A stretch of 64,000 bases of DNA from positions 744,001 through 808,000 of the forward strand of contig JBHGNT010000022.1 in NCBI GenBank assembly GCA_043228905.1, in the 5' to 3' direction. This stretch comes from Azolla caroliniana. Lineage: Eukaryota > Plantae > Polypodiophyta. Below, piece by piece: positions 24,905 through 35,413 of the stretch. Below the pieces are notes generated by a model. It saw nothing but the letters and a program-made list of their open reading frames with translations, had not been told where the DNA came from and did not search any database. A program made the translations under genes and the position numbers. Position 1 is the first letter of the stretch. Each line of letters opens with the position of its first letter.

Positions 24905-27027
24905 AAATCCTCTCGGTTTTCGGAACCGAGGGAATCGCGGTTACGTTCGTGGTTCGGCCTTACCGTCAGAAACTGGACCGAATGGCGCCCGTCTTGGCTT
25001 TTGACCCTCGCGTAGGCCGAACCATTGTCCAGCACTTTGGTCTCCATTCGCGCCGCCGTGATGTATGGTTCCCCTAATATGACCGGATGCGAAGACGTCT
25101 CCTGCACGAAGAAGTGCTGGTCAATCTCGACGTCGCCAATCTTGACTCGCACATTCGGACAGGCCCCGTGCAGTTCCTCGGTGGCGCGCGTTGCTGCCCT
25201 TATTTTCCACCCGTGCTTGGTGTTGATCGGCCATTTGCCCTTCTTATAGAAGTCCATGGACATCAAATTGATCTCCGATCCGTGGTCCACCAAAGCTATC
25301 ACCGGTTCCCGGACATCGCCGATCTTCACCGGGGTTTCCGTGGTCGCTCGGGCCCAGTGTGGTCTCGAATAGTGGCTTTCCGCCCACTCGTCTCCCAGCG
25401 CCATGTCGTCTAGGTGCGTCGTCCGCACTTCCACCGGTCTTTCCGGTTCTGTCTCCGTCGACAGCCTCTTCCGTTTCACCAAGTCCACGATGGAGTCGTG
25501 GAACTCCTTCTTGGCGATTCCCAGCACCTCTCGTAACGACAGCTCCACCTTGCTGTCGAGGATCCGTTCCTCCAGGACCTTTCGTAAGTCCGTGGTCCTT
25601 TCTATCTCCGTCCCCAGACGGTACCCGCCCTTCTGGGGTTTATCTTGCGTGCCGGCCCCGCCGGCTTCGTCCCGTCGTGGCCCGGACCGGGTCTCGTATC
25701 GTTGTGAGGGCCCGGTCGTCCCAGGTCTCCCCACCCGCTTCTCTTCTACCAGAGCCTCGTAATTCTGGCAAGCGGCTTCCACGAAGCCCGTCCTTTCCTC
25801 GACCGGGTCGCTCCACCCGGTCATCTCCCGTACCCGTTTCTCCGCACTGTCCGATTCCTCCCCTTTAAGCCTTGCACCGGCAAGGCCTTCCAGCATCGTC
25901 GGCCAGAATCCGGCTTTGCTTTCCCTTCGGGCCTCGCCGCCCCCGACTCGAATGCCGGCCGACGCCGAGTAGTGGACGGTTTCCGCGTGTCGGGCCGCCG
26001 CCTCTTCCATCAACCTTTTCATACCACCCTTTCCGTCGTTTCGGCTCAGGGCCCTTCGGGTGTCGCTGGCATGCACCCGTCCTTCCCACAGGTACACCAC
26101 CCTGTCCCTCAGCGCCTCCGCGAAGTCGCCGCAGTCCTTCCGAATGTGGCCGACTTCATCGCACCACATGCACCTGTTTCCTGCCGCCGGCCGTCGGTCA
26201 CGAGCCGGTTCGCCTCCTTCCCTTCGGGCCTGCGCGATTTGGAGGTCCTTTATCGCCTTCGTCAATTCCTCCAGCGCCGCTCCTCCGGTTGAGCCTCTGA
26301 CTACGCCGGTCGAAGCCGAACCGGTTTCCAACCACTCCCGGGTCTCTTCCTTGCGCACCTGTGGCGCTGGTTCGAGCTTCCTTGCTGCGACCGAGCCCGA
26401 CCCGGTCGCCCCGTTATCCGCCCATTCTCGCCGTTTGTCGAAACGGCCACAGACCTTCCTGACAGCCGCCCAGTCGGTAGTGAGCCCGTCTTCGGTTTCC
26501 AGCAAGAAGCCCACTTGCTCCCGATCCCGCTCGTCGACCGACTTGACAAACAGCAAGACCCGGCTCGTGTCCAGGATGGTTCGGTCGAGCGCCGAAAGGC
26601 GCGCAAAGTTTTCCTCGAACTCCCGGAGGAGCGCCGACGCGTTTCTTCCCTTCCCCGGGGACTCCACCCATTCCATGAACCTTCGCTTCGAAAGCCGGAG
26701 CGCGTCGTCCAGCCCGTATTTCTCTAGGAGCCGACCTTCGAACTCCTCCCAGGTGCGGCTCTCCGTCCGCACCTCGAGCACCTCCGCATGGATGCTCGGC
26801 ATCGCTACTCGGGGAAATCCGGCAAGACGCCTTTCTTCCGGAATGTCCCGCATCAGCATCTCTGCACCGTAGGACGCCAAATACTTCGTGGCATCCTTCC
26901 CATCAAACCGGCCGATCGTGCCGACGACCGCCTCAATAGCTCTGTCGAGGGCACCGGTGCTCTCGCGCGCGTTTACAATCCGATCCACGGCCGAAGCCAT
27001 GGCCTCTGCGAGATCCGACCCCCTCAT
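24901..27027 (-). CDS. gag: Gag-protease polyprotein (~708 aa from the first ATG)
   Basis: Open ORF with CCHC knuckle CMWCDEVGHIRKDC and an aspartic-protease-like motif LVDHGSEINLMS...VILGEPY. Confidence 0.9.
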   Translation of the reverse strand: MRGSDLAEAMASAVDRIVNARESTGALDRAIEAVVGTIGRFDGKDATKYLASYGAEMLMRDIPEERRLAGFPRVAMPSIHAEVLEVRTESRTWEEFEGRLLEKYGLDDALRLSKRRFMEWVESPGKGRNASALLREFEENFARLSALDRTILDTSRVLLFVKSVDERDREQVGFLLETEDGLTTDWAAVRKVCGRFDKRREWADNGATGSGSVAARKLEPAPQVRKEETREWLETGSASTGVVRGSTGGAALEELTKAIKDLQIAQARREGGEPARDRRPAAGNRCMWCDEVGHIRKDCGDFAEALRDRVVYLWEGRVHASDTRRALSRNDGKGGMKRLMEEAAARHAETVHYSASAGIRVGGGEARRESKAGFWPTMLEGLAGARLKGEESDSAEKRVREMTGWSDPVEERTGFVEAACQNYEALVEEKRVGRPGTTGPSQRYETRSGPRRDEAGGAGTQDKPQKGGYRLGTEIERTTDLRKVLEERILDSKVELSLREVLGIAKKEFHDSIVDLVKRKRLSTETEPERPVEVRTTHLDDMALGDEWAESHYSRPHWARATTETPVKIGDVREPVIALVDHGSEINLMSMDFYKKGKWPINTKHGWKIRAATRATEELHGACPNVRVKIGDVEIDQHFFVQETSSHPVILGEPYITAARMETKVLDNGSAYARVKSQDGRHSVQFLTVRPNHERNRDSLGSENREDF

Positions 27028-27050
27028 CTTCTGCTCTTCTGCCGCCTCTT

Positions 27051-27067
27051 TCACGTCGGGTTCACCA
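27051..27067 (-). promoter_or_regulatory. Primer-binding site complementary to the tRNA-Trp 3' end
   Basis: TGGTGAACCCGACGTGA, 4 nt after the LTR, complementary to ...TCACGTCGGGTTCACCA of plant cytosolic tRNA-Trp (recalled sequence). Confidence 0.85.
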
Positions 27068-27891
27068 AAGATGTCGAGATATTATGCAAGTGCGTGCGGA
27101 ATCGAGGCGGGACCGCGGGGGTCTCGAACCAAAGAGCAAGCGAGGGAGGAGAAAGAGAGAGAACCTGCTACGCAGGACCGGGGATACACAGGGACACGGC
27201 CCTTCAGCACGGAGAACGCGAACAGACACCGACACAGACAGATGCTAATGACTAAATATGTATATTAACAAATGGCTAACACGACTACAACCCTCGATGG
27301 GGCACAGGTTGGTTACAACCGAACAGGCCGGCGAACAGATGCCGATGCCTGTTCACTTCGACGCTCAAAGGGGGGGGGGCTGCCGGAAGCACTCGGGCGT
27401 TCCTCGAAACAGCGCGAGCCTCCTCGGAACCCTGCACACAAAACTATGGAGCTCGAGAAGGAAGGAAAACAGAGAGAGAAGCGTCCAGAAACGGTCCGAC
27501 AGCACTTCGTCCTCTCCGCGCGAGATGCCTGCAACAGCTCTTTCCTCCTCTTTTTATAGCCCGACGAGTAGGCCGTCATGTCAGCTTTATTCCCTGTCCC
27601 TTTTGGACAGGGATCCGCTCCGTTTTTCACGCATCCGCGTAGTTACGCCGCCGACTCGTACAGTTCGCGCGCGCGACCGAAAAGACTGTTCGCACGGTCT
27701 TTGTCTCCACTTGAGTTAGGGCCCGTTCCTGCCGATTATCCTCCCAATTAACTTCTATGTACAACTTGGAGCGTGCGCGCGTGAAGAACCGGTTCCCACG
27801 CCTTGGTGCGCCGATTCCGCCTATGGACGGTTTTCTTCACGACAACGTGAAGAATGTGTTTCTTCAAGGTGACCTTGAAGAACGGGTCTAT

Positions 27892-28239
27892 TGTTGTTGG
27901 GGTGGGGGGTGAAGCCTAGAATGGCTTCACCCCCCCTCCCGAGGGGGGTTATGATAGAGAGAGAGAGAATGAGAGAGTGAAAATAAGAATGACACCAAAA
28001 TAAGAGGGAAAAAAAACTATATCTCATTACATGCCCCATAAGGGGTTTATATAATACATAATGTAACGGTAAATAATATGTCCGTTACAAAAAGAGACCG
28101 TTACATTCTTGTCGCATGCACATAATTGTGCATGTGCTCACACATACTCATCCTCACACTCATATACATTACACATATCGGACAACCTGTTTAACGTGTT
28201 TTACCCTTATACCACCCCGTACAACTCCTACGGGTAACA
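27892..28239. mobile_element. Solo LTR (348 bp) inside the copy B RT gene
   Basis: TGTTG...TAACA with TSD TCTAT; removing it restores EERVYMIQPPG. Confidence 0.88.
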
Positions 28240-31006
28240 TCTATATGATCCAACCTCCTGGTTTTCAGTCGGAGATGAACAAGTTGGCGGTGTACTGGCT
28301 CAAGAAGTCGCTATATGGTCTGAAACAAGCCCACCGAGCTTGGAATGCGAAGATCATGCACCGGTTGCGTAAGATGGGGTTAGTGACCTCTAAATCCGAC
28401 TCATCGTTGTTCATCCGGCAAGGTCCGGACGGTCCGGTCTGCATCTTGCTTTATGTAGATGATTTGGTAATCACTGAACCCGAACTCAATGAAATCGGCT
28501 GAGTAAAGTCCCAACTGTCAGACACATTTGAAATGAAGGACCTAGGGGACCTTCATTATTTTCTTGGGATCGAGGTTATCCGAACCCCCAATGGCATATT
28601 GCTCTCACAACAACACTATGTGTTGAATATGTTGTACAAGTTCGGTATGACAGAGTGCCAACCTGTCTCCACACCCCTAGACCAGAACTAGAAGCTCTAT
28701 CCCAACTCCGGACCAGCCTGCGATGAGAAATGGTTCCGACAAATCGTCGGAAGCCTGATATACTTGACAATCACTCAAGCCGACCTCAGTTACCCGATCG
28801 GAGTGATCATCCAGTTCATGCAGAAGCCGACCGTCGAGCACCTTCAGTGCGCACACCGGATACTCCGGTATGTGAGCGGCACGAAGGACCGAGGACTATT
28901 ATATTGGCATGGTATAACCGAAGAACTAGTCGGATATACAGATGCTGACTAGGCCGGTGATGGATCGGATCATCGATCCACCTCCGGTTATATGTTTTCT
29001 CTGGGTAGTGCAGTTGTTGCGTGGAGCAGCAAAAAGCAGCCAACAGTGGCTCTATCAAGCACTGAGGCTGAATACTGGGGCGCTACCAATGCCACCTGTG
29101 AAGCCATCTGGCTTCGGCGATTGCTGCAAGATTTGCAAATCAAGGTATCGACCCCGATCTTGATCTACTGCGACAACATGAGCAGCATTCAGCTCGCCAA
29201 GAACCCCGTGTTCCATGCTCGGACAAAGCACATAGAAGTGCATTATCACTTTTTGTGTGAGCGGGTTTTGAGCAGTGAAGTAGAACGTTCGTATGTTCAG
29301 ACGGATCGGCAAATTGCCGATATCTTCACCAAACCGCTCGGATCGGACAAGTTGCAACACTTCACCGAAATGCTTGGTGTTTAGCATCTCGATGTGCCGC
29401 ACTTGAGGGGGAGAAAAGGAAAGGGAACGAATAGCACCGAACAAGGAGCCGAAGAGGAAGAAAGAACCAACAAAGGGGGAGACAAGAGGAAAAAGGAAGC
29501 CGAGTCGACGAAGGAAGTCGGCACATCCGAACAGGTTGGAACAAGCGGCAGCGGCGGCAGAGTCAAGAAGGACAAAGCCAACTGGAAGAAAACGGCCAAG
29601 ACCCGGACGTGGTCAGGTGTGGTGAAGGGCCTGAAACCGGAAAACGAATCGGGAGCGACCGATTCGGACAAGAGCTAGAACAAATCGAAGGAAACCGATT
29701 CGGTTCAAGATTCGAAGAAGCCGGATCAACTAAAGACCAAACGGACACGGACGTAGCGGAAGTCGACGCCAACACGAAGGAACCGACGGGTCGACAAGCG
29801 CCGGAGTCGTAGCAGCAAGGGAGCTGAAATAGGAATGTTGAGTAGACAAGCCGACCAAGGAGGTCGAGGCGCGCAGTACCGGACGGGTCGCGGGAAGCAG
29901 AACCGGACCGGACGAGGAGCGCGAGCAAGGTGTGACGACGCTAGAAGGAGTCAGGTGGAAGGACCGGCTGTCGCGGACACTAACAACACGATCCGACCTC
30001 AAGTTGAGCTTGAGGGGGAGTGTTGAGCGAGCAAGCTCAACCGGATCCGGATCGGCATCCGGAAGGATGAGCCGAATCGGTATCCAGATGGTATTCGGAA
30101 ACAACCGGCCGGATCGAGGAGCCGGATTGGAGAGCCGGATTCGAGCGGGAACCGGAAGCCTAGTAGTAGCCTAGACTACTAGGTAATCATTGTCTCGTAG
30201 TTAGTGTCAGTCGCACGTGTGAGCATTGAAGTACATGTCAGTCCTTTATGGACTTGTACAAATAGTGTTGTTTAGCACGTTGTATGTATAGAGTTTTAGA
30301 GTTAATTTTTTAATAGAGTTTATGTTCTGCTCTCTCTGTCTCTCCCGTATATACTCTCTGTGTTTTAAGCTTTTCCATTAAACCTTCATCTCATTTTCTA
30401 TTGCTATTCGGCTGAGCCGGTTCTACCTAACACTTTTGCACATTAACATTCACAAATCTCCACTCTTCGGTTGTCATCAAAGCAGGTTTTTCGCTGTGTC
30501 GAATGGCTTCGGCCTATCTTTTGATGATCAACACATCCTACATCATCTCTTTCCACAAGGCAAAGTTTTTGCCATCGAACTTTCAGATTTCAACTCCTAT
30601 ATCGGATGTTGAAGCCATGTTCTTTATGAAGATGATATTTTACTGACCTTGTCTTCTCTTTCAACTTTCTCTGTTGTTTTGTTGTCGTTGAACAACAAGC
30701 TCGCACTGATACCACTTGTTGGAGATGGTGTCTGATATGTATGTGGAAGTATGTGAGGACCTGTCGATTATGTGCACAACAAACAACACAGAGATTATGA
30801 CTGAATAAATAGAAGGAAATGTAGACACAGTTCAAAGCTCTAATGGAAGCTCTCATTATTCTATAACTCTTACACTCTCTGAGACTCAAGAAAACAAGAA
30901 GAGATTCGTTACAATGTTAGGTTAGAGCTTATATACTAAGCCCTAACTATTTGGACATGTTCACATTAAGATACAAAGTGGAAGGAGTCGGCCTTTTATG
31001 CTAACA

Positions 31007-31919
31007 TATCTATAGTCCTGTAACAATAAGGTCTGATAAGGGTCTTTTCATGCACATTTGTGTACCACCATGTGTGTGTTCATACATGTATAATGTACAT
31101 AATTGAGTTTGTTATATCAACAATTTGGTGTATTATTGGGAGTTCATGTTATGAATGCCTTAATTGAATGGATTACTAGTAACTTGGGGGATATGTTCAT
31201 CTATTGAAAGTCATGGACTTGGTTGTTTCATATTATAACTTAACATTTCACAATGTATTATGGAACCTATGATGTTACATGCTTTGTCATGGATTCCATG
31301 AATTGTGAAGGCTATGCACTAAGTCCGGCCACATCTTTGATTTATGTTGTGGAGAAAGAGGGATAAGATGGAGGTTGCATGGAACCATTTAGCAACTCCA
31401 TTTTTTGCCTCAAGTTATTCTGTTCGTATTGTTTGACACCAAAAAATCTTATGACTATGATTTTCCTTTGGAATCATGTCTAAAAAAGCGTGGACCATCA
31501 ATAAATAATGCTTTTTGTGCATGGGTCAATTATAATATAATTCATTCAATGTCCAGTTACTTTCTAAGATTTGGCAATTTTTGTCATGTTGTTATTTGTG
31601 CCAACATAGTGTTAGGATCTCGGTCCCTCCGGATGGGATACGAAGACCCGGCATTGGAAGACCCGGTGGGAATCAGATGTGGAGTACCCAGAACCGGATG
31701 ACGAGTACCCGACAAGGAAGACCCGGTGAGAACCGGATGTTGCAGGCCCGATGAGAACCTCTCATCGGATGAAGGGACATATATGTAAATATGTTCCAGA
31801 GAGCCCACTGGGCTATATTTGTAAATAGCCCGAAAGTCATATTAGTATAAATATGACCTAGGGCAAACTCAATGTAGGTTTTTTTTTTGAGAGTTATTGG
31901 TGTAACTCCTGTACAATGC

Positions 31920-31961
<42 letters not shown>

Positions 31962-33820
31962 TATACAGAGATTGTGTCTTTGTTGTAACCGCCGTTAGGC
32001 GAAGATTGTGAGCAAGAGGTCGTTGCCTCCGTGCTCCCTGTTCTATTACTCGACATAGTGATAGTTTGGAGTCTGTGGACTCCCGTGGTTTTTCCCTCTC
32101 AGGGTTTTCCACGTTAATATCCTATGCCTGAGATTAACATTCCCATTTCATCTGTGTCTGATTGTCATCAAGTGATCTACGCTTCGGTTGTGGTCGGAGA
32201 TTATTCCGCTTATTTCACGTCAGATAGTGGAATTTGCGCAATTTACATAACCCAACCTAAAACATACATGGAGACCGCTTTTCTTCTAAAACTTGGGGGA
32301 TATGTTGATAGTTGGTGTATTGAATTGGTTGTTGCATGTACAACTTAATGTTGCACAATGTATTGTATGGAACCTATGATATAAAATGTTTTGTCATGAA
32401 CCATGAAGGTCATGCCCTAAGTCCGACAAACTCTTTTGGTTTATGTTATGAAGAAAGAGGGATAAGATGGCGATGGCATGGAACCATTCGGCAATTCCTA
32501 AGCATTATTGGATTTAGATATGCATACGATGGCTTGGTGATTTTCATTATTACGTGGAACGTGTTTGCAATCAGAACCATGGAAAATAATTATATAATAT
32601 GACCTGAAGTAGAGGGGTATAATAAATGGGAAGGCTAATTACTAATCAATATGTAATCAATGGTTTATACAAGGGGCATCCTGGCTTATCTAATTTTACC
32701 TTCTCAATACCTAGTTACTACTTTCTCACTACTTATCATGTTGAGAGCGAGTGACGTATGAGATATCCTTTACTTTAAATACACCAATCACTCTCTTTAC
32801 ATATGACAAGGGTGGTTGTAGTCTTGTGACAATCGGGTATGATAAGGGTCTTTCATCCATATTTTTGCACCACCGTGTGTATGTTCATACATAATGCAAA
32901 CAAGTAAGTTTGTTATCTCAACAATTTGGTGTATTATTGGAAGTTGATGTTATGAATGACTTAATAAATTGGATTACTAGTAACTTGGAAGATATGTTGG
33001 TGGATTGAAAGTCATGAATTTAGGTTGTTTCATGTACAATTTTACATTGCACAATGTATTATGGAACCTATGATGCTATATGTTTTGTCGTGGATTCCAT
33101 GAACCATGAAGGTTATGCACTAAGTTCCACAACCTTTTCAATTTATGTTGTGGAGAGAGGGATTAGATGGGGATTGCATTGAACCATTTTTGGAATCATT
33201 ATTGGATTTGGATACGCATATGATGGCTTATTGATTTTCATTTTCGCAAGGAACATGTTTGCAATCACGATTCACAACCATGGATATCTATTATACAACA
33301 TGACATGAGGGACGGTATAATAAATGGGAGGGTTATACCTATAATTAAAGTGTTGTGATGGCAACTACTTAATGGCAATGTGCCACTTCAAATCTTTTAC
33401 TCTTCAAGCACTGAACAATTGATTGTATCATGTCAATAACCATCACTTTAATTTGCTTGGTTACCAGTGACCACCATGTAGAACAAAGTAATATAATTCC
33501 TTACATAGGGAGCCATTTTTTGTCACAAGTTAATTTGTTATTGTTATTGTTATTGTTTGGCATCGGAAAATCTTATCACTGGAATTTTCATTTGGAATCA
33601 TGTTTAAAAGGCATGGGAAACAACAAATAATTGTTTTCTTTTCATGGTTCAACTATAATATATTTCATACAAGCTCTAATTACTTATCAAATTTGGGATT
33701 AAATTTCTAAGAATTGGCATTATTTTGTCATGTTGTTATTTGTCGCCAAGATAGTGGAGTTTGTGCAATTTACACAATCCAACCTAAAGTCAGAGATGGA
33801 GACTATTTTGCTTTTTTGAA
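31007..33820. repeat. Degenerate AT-rich tandem or mosaic duplication
   Basis: 31015-31400 resembles 32818-33190; 31400-31609 plus 32223-32290 resembles 33510-33810; 13210-13410 resembles 32560-32765. Confidence 0.75.
31610..32222 (+). mobile_element. Solo LTR, same family as 16547-17197
   Basis: TGTTAGGA...ACGTCA; TSD CATAG/GATAG; empty site CCAAGATAGTGG at ~33746. Confidence 0.9.
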
Positions 33821-34059
33821 GGTATCATTTGCAATTCTACAAAAGTTAAGGGAGTGTTGATGTGGCAAGTGTATTTATTGAATGAAGCAAGTCGAAATTC
33901 TTTTCGTAGTTGTGTATGTATGCAACACACTCTTCTTGCCTAAAAACATTGTGATATATCCTAGTACTCATGTGGTAGTGAAACTAGTTGTAGTACTATT
34001 GTAGTGTTCTTAGAGAGAGAGAGAGCACAATATTAGCAAAGGTGAGCTTAAGGAAACAT

Positions 34060-35035
34060 ATATCCAACATAACCCAATATTATGAAAGATGTCATGTGGA
34101 CAACTCATATCTGACACAAACTAGGATTGTTATGAAAGATGACTTGTGTGCATTTAGTGTCCAACAGAACCTAGTTTTGAAATATGACATGCGGGCAAGC
34201 GGTATCCGGACAAAACCCAATATTATCAAAGGCGGGATAGGTAGTGTATTTTGCACAACCCAAATTTATGAAAGATAACCTACAAGAAAGAGGACCTATA
34301 GGTAAGGCGGTGTAATTGACAAAACCTAGTATTATGAAAGATGACCTGTGTGCAAGTGGTATCCAACCCAGTGCTACGAAAGATGACCTATGGGCAGGTG
34401 TCGACACAACCCGGTGTTATGAAAGACGACCTATGGGCAGGCGGTGTAACCGACAGAACCTAGTATATGAAAGATGACCTGTGGGCAAGTGGTATCCAAC
34501 ACAACCCAGTGCTACGAAAGATGACCTATGGGCATGCGGTGTAACCAACAGAACCTAGTAAATGAAAGATGAGCTTTGTGGGCAAGTGGTATCCAACACA
34601 ACCCAGTGTTGCAAAAGATGACCTGTGGGCAAGACAACCCAGTGTTATGAAAGAAGACATACAGGCAAGCGATGTAATTGACAAAACCCAGTATTAGGAA
34701 AGATGACACATGGATAGGTGGTATCCAACACAACCTAGTGTTGCAAAAGATGACCTATAGGCAGGTGGTGTATCTGACACAACCTGGTGTTATGAAAGAA
34801 GACGTACGAGCAAGCGATGTAACCAACCGAACCCAGTATTATGAAAGATGACCTGTGGACAGGTGGTATCCAACACAACTCCAGTGCTGCGAAAGAGATG
34901 ACCTATGGGCAGGTGGTGGTGTATCCGACACAACCCAGTGTTATGAAAGGCGAGACCAATGGGCAAGCAGGGCAGTGTATCCAACCCAACCCAATATTGT
35001 ATTATGAAAGACGACCTCTAGGCAGGTGGTATCTA
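34060..35035 (+). repeat. Minisatellite, ~45-bp unit, roughly 20 degenerate copies
   Basis: Recurring ATGAAAGATGACCTRTGGGCARGYGGTRTA..ACAACCCAGTG. Confidence 0.9.
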
Positions 35036-35167
35036 TCCGTCACGACTACTGAGAGTACTACAACCGAGTAATCTAGCGAAAGTGGACCGATTGGCACCTG
35101 GTATCTGAGGCAGGCCAGGATCATGAAAGATGAGAGCACCCAGAACCCCATACCAGAAGAGGTCTCA

Positions 35168-35170
<3 letters not shown>

Positions 35171-35222
<52 letters not shown>

Positions 35223-35267
35223 ACATTGGCATTTTGCATGGTGTGTTGTCTCTTTCCACATCTGCAG

Positions 35268-35316
<49 letters not shown>
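35171..35316 (+). repeat. Two (GA)n microsatellites just upstream of the KASII start codon
   Basis: GA runs at ~35171-35221 and ~35272-35316. Confidence 0.95.
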
Positions 35317-35319
<3 letters not shown>

Positions 35320-35413
35320 CAGAGAACCCATATCTAGTCTCATTGTGAGAAAGAGAGCACAAAAAGAGAGAAGCCAGGGATAGATCATCATCAGCACCAG
35401 CACTATCACCACC

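Larger units (their letters stand above)
20578..27844 (-). mobile_element. Young, intact non-chromodomain Ty3/Gypsy LTR retrotransposon (tRNA-Trp primed)
   Basis: 773-bp LTRs at 20578-21350 and 27072-27844 with only two differences seen; 4-bp TSD ACGT; PBS 27067-27051; purine-rich PPT ~21351-21368; two uninterrupted ORFs. Confidence 0.97.
16330..30454 (+). mobile_element. Ty1/Copia LTR retrotransposon (copy B), full length, degenerate, with three nested inserts
   Basis: 5' LTR 16330-17455 (interrupted), 3' LTR 30021-30454; TSD GATCT/AATCT; PBS-Met TGGTATCAGAGC at 17456; PPT TTGAGGGGGAG before 30021; gag-PR-IN-RT-RH pieces 17531-29384. Confidence 0.95.
13410..31006 (-). mobile_element. Old Ty1/Copia element (copy C), split by copy B; integrase and 3' LTR missing
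   Basis: 5' LTR ~30717-31006; PBS TGGTATCAG at 30714-30706. Gag runs across the copy B insertion (EEWR|SIDEIACSTIRMHL). Protease WLLDSGATFHVTP at 15344-15583; RT/RNase H 13679-14960. Confidence 0.8.

Noticed and set aside
21263-27268. Many long plus-strand ORFs (up to 270 aa) antisense to the young Gypsy
   Set aside because: Expected shadow ORFs of GC-rich coding sequence; no recognisable domains.
33985-34010. Possible CACTA terminal repeat (TTGTAGTG)
   Set aside because: No partner TIR, 3-bp TSD or transposase found.
34060-35035. CRISPR-like periodic array
   Set aside because: Degenerate tandem units without unique spacers, no cas genes, eukaryotic context.
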